A stretch of DNA of 16,629 bases from Promethearchaeota archaeon (lineage in GTDB: Archaea > Asgardarchaeota > Thorarchaeia > Thorarchaeales > Thorarchaeaceae). The DNA is taken from assembly GCA_027031765.1 (NCBI GenBank), contig JALVPN010000061.1:1-16629 (forward strand). The letters run 5' to 3'. Below, one piece after another: positions 1-7,556 of this stretch. Under the pieces are notes generated by a model, which saw only the letters and a program-made list of their open reading frames with translations, did no database searches and had not been told where the DNA came from. Numbering within the stretch: position 1 is the stretch's first letter; every line of letters starts with the position of its first letter. The position numbers and the translations under genes were made by a program.

Positions 1-20
1 TCTGTTACCTTTGGTCGCAC
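1..20 (-). CDS. possible 5' end of a divergent gene (MRPKVT...), truncated by the window edge
   Basis: On the minus strand GTG (plus 18-20) CGA CCA AAG GTA ACA GA stays open to the edge, downstream of a minus-strand BRE/TATA-like element at 231-243. Only 6 codons are visible. Confidence 0.25.
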
Positions 21-230
21 GGCGCCCAGATACCCATGCCAGCGAAAACGACACCTTCTGGCATGCCCCGTGGACTGCGTGACCCTGCTGCGGTCAGTGA
101 AGCCTCCACAACCCGGCCCGGTCCGGGCCGTCCTGTTGACTGGCACAGGGCCTCCGGGTTGGGTCCGACAGCCGGGCACTGCGGAGAGTCCATGGACTCC
201 CCTGTGAGCGGCACCGCGTTCTAGCTAGAC

Positions 231-243
231 TCAAAAGGGTTTG
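231..243 (-). promoter_or_regulatory. putative archaeal BRE-TATA promoter pointing toward the window start
   Basis: Minus strand reads caaacccTTTTGA, which resembles the element cgcaacccTTTTCT at 14339-14352. Confidence 0.35.
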
Positions 244-281
244 TACGTAATAGTCTTCCCGGACAGTACAGGCCCCACCTA

Positions 282-295
282 CGAAACAGTTATCA
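282..295 (+). promoter_or_regulatory. putative BRE-TATA promoter of the GTPase-domain gene
   Basis: cgaaacagTTATCA lies 35 nt upstream of ATG 331, which has a GGAGA ribosome-binding site at 324-328. It shares the TTATCA core with 3780-3794. Confidence 0.5.
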
Positions 296-330
296 TGCAC
301 GCCACTATCACCGAGTGCACAAAGGAGAGA

Positions 331-2217
331 ATGGCCCCATTGATAGTGCCGGGCACTACGATTGGCGTGACCCTCATCCCAGGGTTCGTGGAGATTAGGG
401 ATAAGGGTATAGTCAAGAAGCGCATCCCAATCCGCAGGAGGTCATTCGACGACGTACATGCAGACCTGAAGGCCTTCTTCAAAGCCCGTGGCAAGATTCT
501 TGCACCATACGTACTCCAAGATGTCCTCATCAAGATTGGACTCCCAAGGGTAAAGGTCATCCTCGACGAGTCCGACTTGGAAGAATCGGTCGAGGAGCCG
601 ACTGCGCCCTCAGTGGAAACGACTGCAACCACGCCGGACTCCGCTACCACTACTCCCAGTCCTCAGGTGGGTGCGACGTCTCGGCTGGCACTGGCAACCG
701 TACAGACAGGGCGGTCACAGGCAGCAGTACCGGGACCGACCCCGGTGGCAGCAAGTGACACGGACAAAGTTCCTGACAGCAGTGCAGCGGCGTCACCCGG
801 CGTCCAAGTGGCCCGCGCACCAGAAGAGGACACTACTGCGACAGGTGCCACTGCAGCACCAGGGGCAATGACACTGACAGCCTCGGAGGCCACGGCTCCA
901 GGAGCTGGGGGCCCGGCCATGCCAGTCGAGGGTACCGCTGCCGAGAGCGGCGCCGGTATACCACAGGCGGAAACACCGTCTTCCGGGCCAGCTGAAGTGG
1001 CCACTGCGTCCATACCTACCGACCATGGCGCCCCGACTGGCACGGCGAGCTCACAGCGGAGCGTTTCCGAGGAGAGTGGGGCCGTTCCCGCTGCGTCAGA
1101 GGGCCCTGAGAGCGCACCACGAACAGCAGCGGCAACGACGGGTGTGGAAGGATATGATCCGGTGACGGAGGGCACTCCTATCGCGGATGTCGGCCGTGGG
1201 ACGTTTCAACAGGCTGCCGCAGCTGGTCCCACGACGTCTGATGGCGCGGCGCCGTCAGTGGAGGACCCGCTTGCTGATATTCCCGTGTCGCGGCTGAGCC
1301 CGGACGAATTTAGCAGTGTGGAGGAAGCACTGCGTATTGTCGAGCAGCTGGGCGAGTCGTCACTGGTCAGCGCACCTTCTGTCGGGGGGCCGAAGGCAAA
1401 GATACGGGTTGCCGTCCCGACAACGGACGAGATTGCTGCTGCCCCGACCTCTGTTGCGGCCGCGCCGGAGCCGGAAATCCAAGATGAACATGCCACCCCC
1501 GTGGCAGGACTGGGTGAGGAGCAAGGTGTGGTGGTCACTCAGAGTCTGACGACGACGGGTAGGACTGCCGCTGCAGATGGTACGAGCACTCTCGTTGCCC
1601 CATCAGCAGTTGATAGGACGACCCCCTCGTCTGTGACACGTCACGTCGTGAAGCCGGAGGTGTGTGCCAAGGTCATCGTCCTTGGAGAGGACGGTGTCGG
1701 GAAGTCGTCACTGCTGGAGAACGCAGGTTTTGAGGCACCTCCCCACGCAGACGGCTACAGCACCTACCGGGTGGAACGGGTGTTCGAGCTGTCAGAGTAT
1801 AGGGTGAGACTCGACGCGTGGTCCTTTGACGATGCGGTCGGTGCCCGCGTGCGGCGCCGTGAGTTCTATGCCGGTGCCCATGTGGTAGTCATCGTCTTCT
1901 CCGTCTGCGACCGGTGGAGCTTCGAGAGCGTTGAGTTCTGGGTACGTGAAACGCAGCTGGTCAACGAGTCCATGCCGCCTGTCGTCATTGTCGGCAACAA
2001 GAAGGATCTGCGGGAGTCGTATGATGCCGAGTCGGGAGAGCCCCCGGTCTCTACCAAGGAGGCTATTGTCATGGCCGAGAAACTTGCTAGGTCTCTGAGT
2101 CCGGGCGGACTGCACCCGGTCGCATACGTGGAGACGTCGTGCCTGTCAGGCGATGGTGTCGAAGAGGTCTTCGTGACCGCGGCCGAGCTCCACGTCAAGT
2201 CAATCGCTGGTGGGTGA
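331..2217 (+). CDS. multidomain protein: small N-terminal domain + long disordered Ala/Thr/Pro/Ser/Glu linker + C-terminal Ras-superfamily (Rab/Rho-like) small GTPase domain with degenerate G3
   Basis: G1 GEDGVGKS (1684-1707), FYAGAHVVVIVFSV..RWSFE (alpha2-beta4 pattern), G4 NKKD (1996-2007), G5 ETSCL (2131-2145). G3 is replaced by WSFDDA. The ORF track starts at TTG 241, but ATG 331 has a strong RBS (aaaggagaga) and a promoter, giving 628 aa. Confidence 0.88.
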   Translation: MAPLIVPGTTIGVTLIPGFVEIRDKGIVKKRIPIRRRSFDDVHADLKAFFKARGKILAPYVLQDVLIKIGLPRVKVILDESDLEESVEEPTAPSVETTATTPDSATTTPSPQVGATSRLALATVQTGRSQAAVPGPTPVAASDTDKVPDSSAAASPGVQVARAPEEDTTATGATAAPGAMTLTASEATAPGAGGPAMPVEGTAAESGAGIPQAETPSSGPAEVATASIPTDHGAPTGTASSQRSVSEESGAVPAASEGPESAPRTAAATTGVEGYDPVTEGTPIADVGRGTFQQAAAAGPTTSDGAAPSVEDPLADIPVSRLSPDEFSSVEEALRIVEQLGESSLVSAPSVGGPKAKIRVAVPTTDEIAAAPTSVAAAPEPEIQDEHATPVAGLGEEQGVVVTQSLTTTGRTAAADGTSTLVAPSAVDRTTPSSVTRHVVKPEVCAKVIVLGEDGVGKSSLLENAGFEAPPHADGYSTYRVERVFELSEYRVRLDAWSFDDAVGARVRRREFYAGAHVVVIVFSVCDRWSFESVEFWVRETQLVNESMPPVVIVGNKKDLRESYDAESGEPPVSTKEAIVMAEKLARSLSPGGLHPVAYVETSCLSGDGVEEVFVTAAELHVKSIAGG

Positions 2218-2509
2218 GGACAGCCAGAGCTTGAGTGGGTCTGTTCCGGAGTGCGTGAGACAAGGCCCTTCAGTCCGGATGTGTCCTGGAGCACGAGTGG
2301 TGGCCCTCTCGGGCTACCGTTGCGTGAAGGGAGTACGTCGGCCAGCCACTGCTCCCAGTAGGGCCTATAGGCCTGTCCACGGCCCCCGTTCATGGCCTTC
2401 TTGGAAGGGCCTGACCACCTATCTGCGCCGGGAGTGCAGGTACCATAACGCTTCTGTGCAGGAGATGCCTGTCTGGGAAGAGTAAAATACCCATGTTGCG
2501 AGTGACGGC

Positions 2510-2854
2510 GTGGTGCCCCCAGGGGCACACCCCGTGGGTCTGGTGAACGTCAAGGTGGTACTGTGCGAGAGCTGCGGTAACCCAGTGGAGCCTGTTGGCG
2601 CTGCGAAGACCCTTGAAGAGAACTTCACAAACGAGCAGCGCCAGCGCCTACACCTCTGCATATCGTGCTTCCACAAACGTTTCAAAGTGACCACAAGACG
2701 CAGCAGCGGCTATGGCGGGACAATCTACACCCTTGAGCACAAGCCGCCCCCACGGTTCGGTCTCGGTAGCAAGAGGTTCACGTGCCTCAAGTGCGACTGG
2801 GTGGCCTGGACGGAAGCGGGCCTGCGGGCACACATGGAACAGCGTCACTCGTGA
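2510..2854 (+). CDS. small zinc-finger protein (CxxC-x27-CxxC plus C-terminal C2H2 finger)
   Basis: CESC (2564-2575), CISC (2657-2668), and F-T-C-x2-C-x12-H-x4-H (2777-2848) with Leu three residues before the first His. The start is uncertain; GTG 2543 (MNVKVVLC) is equally plausible. Confidence 0.8.
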   Translation: MVPPGAHPVGLVNVKVVLCESCGNPVEPVGAAKTLEENFTNEQRQRLHLCISCFHKRFKVTTRRSSGYGGTIYTLEHKPPPRFGLGSKRFTCLKCDWVAWTEAGLRAHMEQRHS

Positions 2855-3108
2855 CAATGACCCCGGACGGCAACGGCCCTCGGTTGTCGTGAAGTGCTGC
2901 TACACACATCTCACATGCGCCACCATCTTGTGTGGGCCTGACGTATGGGTGTCCATCCCCGGGCGGGCCTCATTGGTCGCAGATGTCAGCGTCAGCGTCA
3001 GCCCCGCGTACGTAGCCATTGTCTGCTGTCCGCTTTCCCCAGTCCGTTGCCGTCGATGTTATACTGTCGGCAGTTCCTGGTGGCGCCGCGAGGCCATTGG
3101 CTGCCCGG

Positions 3109-3735
3109 CTACTCTTTTTCAGTGCGGACTACTTCATGGCCGACAATTGAGAGTCCACTGACCCTCCTGACCGCAGACTCCAGCATCCCCATCCGGTACG
3201 TGGCTGTACGTGCCCCAACACTTTTCAGCCACGACAGCGTTGTGAGGTCAAGCACATCGTGGCTGCGGAAATAGTCCTCAAGGTCGTCGGCTATCCGGTT
3301 GGCCCTGTCGAACATTGCGACGGTCAGGCCGATGCTCGGTGCCAGGAAGCTGAATATCACCCAGAAGATTGCGAAGGGGTCGGTCTCAAGGTACTGGAAG
3401 AAGAAGACGTAGGTGCTCAGTGTCGGCTGTATCAGGGCGAGGATTACAAGGAACAGCGACAGGTTCTGCGTGGCATCGTCACTGCCTAGACCCGCGATAC
3501 CGATTACGTCCTGGTCCGGTGGGAAGAGGTACACGAGTACCGCCCCCGACGCCACGCCCACGGTGACGGCGGACACCACTATCAGGAGCGTGTACTCCAC
3601 GGCCCGCTCCTGCCACACCGCTGGAAAGCTCACGAGCGACTCCACAGTCATGACAAGCGCTATTGTCACTGCCCCCGCGACAGCACCCCAAGTGCTGAAG
3701 AACTCGTAGCGCATCGTCATGATTGGCTCGCTCAT
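3109..3735 (-). CDS. hypothetical membrane protein, 4 TM helices plus ~60-aa soluble C-terminal domain
   Basis: 208-aa ORF with four hydrophobic segments (WGAVAGAVTIALVMTV, YTLLIVVSAVTVGVASGAVLVYLFP, LSLFLVILALIQPTLSTYVFFF, FAIFWVIFSFLAPSIGLTVAMF), an ATG start and a clear upstream promoter. Confidence 0.82.
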   Translation of the reverse strand: MSEPIMTMRYEFFSTWGAVAGAVTIALVMTVESLVSFPAVWQERAVEYTLLIVVSAVTVGVASGAVLVYLFPPDQDVIGIAGLGSDDATQNLSLFLVILALIQPTLSTYVFFFQYLETDPFAIFWVIFSFLAPSIGLTVAMFDRANRIADDLEDYFRSHDVLDLTTLSWLKSVGARTATYRMGMLESAVRRVSGLSIVGHEVVRTEKE

Positions 3736-3779
3736 CGCACGTGCCCCTGACTATTCTATGACCAGATAACTGCATCCAG

Positions 3780-3794
3780 TGATAAACCTTTGCG
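3780..3794 (-). promoter_or_regulatory. archaeal BRE-TATA promoter of the 4-TM gene
   Basis: Minus strand reads cgcaaaggTTTATCA, 45 nt upstream of the ATG at 3735. It matches the archaeal BRE (purine-rich, AAA) + TTTAWA layout well. Confidence 0.6.
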
Positions 3795-4038
3795 AGCCGC
3801 GGCCTGACCAGGCAGAGGTGACACATGTTGGTGGTCAGGCCACCACACACGCCTCCAAAGTCCCGGACTGTCCAAGTCGGGCTGCATGCCGACTGTCCTT
3901 ACTCCCCCACACTGCTCCGGGGGCCCCGTAGGTCGTGTTGTCTATTGGTGTGTCCCACCTCATCACCTGTCCCATCCCGTTGTGCTGAGTCAGAGTCTGT
4001 GCATGGATCCATGATTTGGGGGGGGCGCAGTTCTGTGC

Positions 4039-4051
4039 GTCAACCTTATTA
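4039..4051 (+). promoter_or_regulatory. putative BRE-TATA promoter of the ABC operon
   Basis: gtcaaccTTATTA, about 45 nt upstream of the TTG at 4097. Confidence 0.45.
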
Positions 4052-4096
4052 GTCCTGTACACCTGCGGCGGATGCCGGCCGATGGAGGGCTTCTCC

Positions 4097-4804
4097 TTGA
4101 GCACGAGACCGATTGTAGAACTCCATGATGTGTGCAAGGTCTACTCTCTCGGCGAAGTTCAAGTGCATGCCCTGCGTGGGGTGAGCCTCACTATTGAGCC
4201 CGGGGAGGCGATTGCTATCATGGGGCCCTCGGGCTCGGGGAAGACCACACTCCTCAACTTGATAGGAGCACTTGACAGGCCGAGTTCAGGATGTGTCATC
4301 ATAGACGGTACTGACATCACAGCACTCCCTGAGAGCGAGCTGACTCGCATCCGCAGGGAGAAGATCAGCTTCGTATTCCAGTTCTTCAACCTGCTGCCCG
4401 TGCTGACAGCATATGAGAATGTAGAGTTACCGCTACTCATTGCTGGGATTGAGGCCGCTGCCCGTCGTGAACGGGTCAAGCACCTCCTTGAGTTGGTCGG
4501 GCTCTCAGACCGTGCTGAGCATCGTCCGGATGAGCTGTCCGGGGGTGAGCAGCAGCGTGTGGCCATTGCACGGGCCCTCGCCAAGCCCCGGGCTGACGGC
4601 GGTTCGATTGTGGTACTCGCCGACGAGCCGACAGGTGACCTCGACACTCACACTGGAAACGAGGTCATGGAAGTGCTGATACAGCTGACCCGGGAAGAGG
4701 GCGGCACGCTTATCGTGGTCACCCACGATCCCGACGTTGGCAAGCGTCTTGGTAGAGTGTACCGTATGCGCGACGGCATGGTTGAGGGCATAGACTCGGG
4801 GTGA
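4097..4804 (+). CDS. ABC transporter ATP-binding protein, LolD/MacB/FtsE (type VII) family
   Basis: Walker A GPSGSGKT, Q-loop FQFFNLL, signature LSGGEQQRVAIARAL, Walker B/D-loop VLADEPTGDLD, H-loop VVTHD. TTG 4097 follows GGAGGG at 7 nt; ATG 4082 is the alternative start. Confidence 0.95.
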   Translation: MSTRPIVELHDVCKVYSLGEVQVHALRGVSLTIEPGEAIAIMGPSGSGKTTLLNLIGALDRPSSGCVIIDGTDITALPESELTRIRREKISFVFQFFNLLPVLTAYENVELPLLIAGIEAAARRERVKHLLELVGLSDRAEHRPDELSGGEQQRVAIARALAKPRADGGSIVVLADEPTGDLDTHTGNEVMEVLIQLTREEGGTLIVVTHDPDVGKRLGRVYRMRDGMVEGIDSG

Positions 4805-4811
4805 TCCTGCT

Positions 4812-7556
4812 TTGGCATTGCCGGCTACATACGAGGCCTTCCAGAACAGGAGGCGGCTCATGGTCACCCTGCTGTGCTTCTCCCTCATGTCGGCAATGAC
4901 CATGGGCATTGCCGTCTATATCGACTCCTACTCTGTCCACCTGTGGCACCAGTATACCGACATCCAGGCCCCGCCACTCCTCGTGTCAGGCCGCATCGTC
5001 GAGTCGATTCAGGACGGGATACTGTCAGTCGACGGGGTCGTCAAGGGTGCACTCCTCCCACGTATGTACTGTCGTATCTCTCGCAGCTACAACGACACGT
5101 TCTACGAGTTCGGTATGAACATGATTGGATACGACAGTCACTTCGTTGAGACCTTCCCCGACTTCTTCAACATCGCAGAGGGGCACCCACCTACCGGTCC
5201 CCGAGAGGTCTGCTTGGGCCCTAGGATGGAGGAGTTCCTCGACGCGGGACCGGGCGACCTTGTGAACCTCACCCTTGACCACGAGGACGAGCCGGTCACC
5301 GTGCTTGTCGTGGGGACGTACACTACAGTATACGAGTCGGTGCCGGGGTTTGGTCCTGCCGGCGGCTATGTCCTCATGTCACCTGACCTCTACGCTGGCT
5401 ACTGGCTCGACAGTGTCATGATATGTGAGGTCGACAGGTCACCACTGACACCCTTTGATGCACGCGGGTCGCTGAACTATCTCTACAACATCGACGAGTC
5501 CATCCGGATGCTTGACCCGAACTACCAGTCCAGGTCGTGGTCGGAGCTGGTGATTGATGACCTCCTCTTCAATGCCGTTGCCAACTTCATCTCGTGGCAG
5601 TTGAATGCACGGCTGACACAGTTGTTCCGTGCTGGGGGGACAGTGGTCCTGTTCATCATGCTGGATGTCCTTGCCATCCGCTATAACCTCTCTGAGCGGA
5701 GGCGTGAAATCAGCATGCTCCTGGCCCGGGGCGCCGACCGCAAGATGATTGAACGGGGCATATGGCGCGAGGCCATCCTTGTGACTCTGGGGGCCACCCT
5801 GGTCGGGCTCCTAGTAGGTGTGCTGCTCAGTCGTGTTGCACTGGCCAGCACCGGCTTTCTCCAAATCGACCCCTCCCTCGTGTTCACCGAGTACTTGTTG
5901 GTGTCGCTGGACTCGCTCATCATGGCTGTGATTACAGGGGTGCTGCTCCCACTGTTCTCCCTGTTCCTCTACCGTCGCTATACTGGCAAGCGGGAGTCAC
6001 TACGGGTCAGTCAGGGCCGTCTCGCCAAGCTGGTGAGGGGCCTCGAAATGGTGCGTTGGGATGTGCTCGCGCTCGTGTTGGCCGGACTGCTCATGTTCTC
6101 ACTCCAACAGATGGGGCCCATCCTCCGGTTCATGCCGCCCCTCATGCTCCTACTCTCCATTCTGCCCCTACTCGTGCTCGCGGCCGTTGCAAGCCTGACG
6201 GTCAAGGGCCTGCGTAGTGGTGCCACGGCGCTCTCCCACCTGCTGTCCCCGGTCTTCGGCGGGGTTCCAGCACGGGTCGGCATCAGGAGGGTAGGGCTCA
6301 CGGCGCCCTCCGCGGGAGCAGTGGCCACCGTCCTCGTACTGACCGTCAGTCTAGCATGGGGTGCCTCGGCTGTGGCCGCCACAACGCCCGTCACACTCCT
6401 CAACCAGCTGCGTTTCGCCACCGGCGCTGATGTCGCCATGTACGTAGAGCAAGAGGCGATAGACCAGTACCCAGAGCTGCTGGCGAACACCACAGCACAC
6501 CCCGACGTCACATCAGCCACGGTCGTGCGGCGGTTCGGCCTCTACCTGTCCACCGGGTATGGCGGGTACACACCCTTCGTCGGGATCAATGCCACCGAGT
6601 TTTCCGACGTTGGGTACGACTTCATGGGTGTCAGGTTGAACGAGTCGCAACAGTCTGAGCTCTTCCACCGTCTCACAGTTGAACCAATGGGCGCGATTAT
6701 CACCACTGAGATTGCGAGCGCATACGACCTTGAGCCTGGCGACCCCCTCCGGGCCTATACCCCCTACTCGGAGAATGCCAGTTCCATTGTCTTCAAGGTA
6801 CTCGGGGTGGTGGACGCTCTGCCCTGTATACCCATCTTCGACCCATATGGTATGTACTCGTGGTGGAGCGTCGCCGGTTCGGACGTGGTCTGTGTGAACT
6901 ACGACTACGTGGTGTCGCACATGGATGCGCCTGAGGATGCAGAGTGCATGGTCTGTGCAGCGGTGAGGCCCGACGGCAATGAGACCCGCGTCCTTGAGGA
7001 GCTCATGGATGCCGGTGCGTCTTCTGTCGTCCAGACTGGTTATGCGGCGGCCCCAAGGGCCATGTTGGAGGAGTACATGTCCTCGGAATACTATCACATG
7101 GACCGCGCTGTCGACACCATGCTGATGGTATCTCTTGCAGCTACGATCGTATCAATGTTCATCGTGTACGCTGCGGAAGAGCTGCCGGCACGTCGCCGTG
7201 AGATGGCGCTGCTGAGGGCAGCGGGCGCCCCCGGCTCCCTGGTCACCCGTGTCTTCGTCGCCGAGATGTCCGTGCTGTTGCTGGTCAGCCTCGGCCTCCT
7301 CGTCGTGTTTGCGCCGCTGTTCCTGTCAAACCTGATGTCCACTCTCTCCGTCTACTACAGTCCGGTCCCGTTGGTCTTCCCGGTCATGGTGTTCCCGGTC
7401 TATCCAGTCGCGGGCATGGCCCTGGTGCTCGTGCTGCTCGTGGTGACCGCACTGGTTGCCATTGCTGTCATTGCCCTCTATGCTGCACGCATCAGTCTTG
7501 CAGAGGCACTGAACGCCTCGTGGGCAGAGGCGGGCCCCTACGGAGGTGAGCTGTGA
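4812..7556 (+). CDS. FtsX/MacB-like ABC permease, internally duplicated (two extracytoplasmic domains, two FtsX TM blocks)
   Basis: N-terminal NRRR + TM1, large soluble domain, FtsX motif RRREISMLLARGA (5697-5735), further TMs, a second soluble domain and a second motif RRREMALLRAAGA (7191-7229). It starts 7 nt after the ATPase stop. Confidence 0.92.
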   Translation: MALPATYEAFQNRRRLMVTLLCFSLMSAMTMGIAVYIDSYSVHLWHQYTDIQAPPLLVSGRIVESIQDGILSVDGVVKGALLPRMYCRISRSYNDTFYEFGMNMIGYDSHFVETFPDFFNIAEGHPPTGPREVCLGPRMEEFLDAGPGDLVNLTLDHEDEPVTVLVVGTYTTVYESVPGFGPAGGYVLMSPDLYAGYWLDSVMICEVDRSPLTPFDARGSLNYLYNIDESIRMLDPNYQSRSWSELVIDDLLFNAVANFISWQLNARLTQLFRAGGTVVLFIMLDVLAIRYNLSERRREISMLLARGADRKMIERGIWREAILVTLGATLVGLLVGVLLSRVALASTGFLQIDPSLVFTEYLLVSLDSLIMAVITGVLLPLFSLFLYRRYTGKRESLRVSQGRLAKLVRGLEMVRWDVLALVLAGLLMFSLQQMGPILRFMPPLMLLLSILPLLVLAAVASLTVKGLRSGATALSHLLSPVFGGVPARVGIRRVGLTAPSAGAVATVLVLTVSLAWGASAVAATTPVTLLNQLRFATGADVAMYVEQEAIDQYPELLANTTAHPDVTSATVVRRFGLYLSTGYGGYTPFVGINATEFSDVGYDFMGVRLNESQQSELFHRLTVEPMGAIITTEIASAYDLEPGDPLRAYTPYSENASSIVFKVLGVVDALPCIPIFDPYGMYSWWSVAGSDVVCVNYDYVVSHMDAPEDAECMVCAAVRPDGNETRVLEELMDAGASSVVQTGYAAAPRAMLEEYMSSEYYHMDRAVDTMLMVSLAATIVSMFIVYAAEELPARRREMALLRAAGAPGSLVTRVFVAEMSVLLLVSLGLLVVFAPLFLSNLMSTLSVYYSPVPLVFPVMVFPVYPVAGMALVLVLLVVTALVAIAVIALYAARISLAEALNASWAEAGPYGGEL

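Noticed and set aside
181-195. gcggagagtcc resembles the RNase P RNA CR-I motif GAGGAAAGUCC
   Set aside because: It has two mismatches, and I found no matching CR-V (ACAGAA...GGCUUA) or other conserved regions at suitable distances.
663-1538. Long antisense and alternative-frame ORFs throughout the window (e.g. 663-1175, 1206-1538, 1866-2528, 4159-4647, 6513-7097, 10432-11004, 11020-11823, 13267-13659, 15663-16397)
   Set aside because: They are shadow ORFs of GC-rich coding strands, with no motifs, and overlap well-supported genes.
2203-2217. The GTPase-domain protein ends in a di-glycine (SIAGG), like ubiquitin-family modifiers
   Set aside because: There is no beta-grasp domain and no E1/E2/E3 or JAB gene nearby; a terminal GG is easily chance. 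There is also no CAAX prenylation motif.
2215-2361. Possible selenocysteine readthrough of the GTPase gene TGA
   Set aside because: The extension looks like non-coding sequence, has no redox motif context, and I saw no recognisable SECIS element.
2362-2373. 12-bp palindromes ggcctataggcc (2362-2373) and catggatccatg (4002-4013)
   Set aside because: Several 12-bp palindromes are expected by chance in 16.6 kb, and the two share no consensus.
2210-2485. 91-aa ORF between the GTPase and zinc-finger genes
   Set aside because: It has a GTG start overlapping the upstream stop but an Arg/Pro/Ser/Cys-rich composition typical of non-coding GC-rich DNA and no motif.
2985-3002. (GTCAGC)x3 microsatellite in the convergent intergenic region
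   Set aside because: It has only three units and no spacers; it is not a CRISPR array and is within chance expectation.
3000-3111. Possible readthrough of the TAG stop of the 4-TM gene (pyrrolysine)
   Set aside because: The ~36-aa extension has no recognisable features, and no pyl genes are present in the window.
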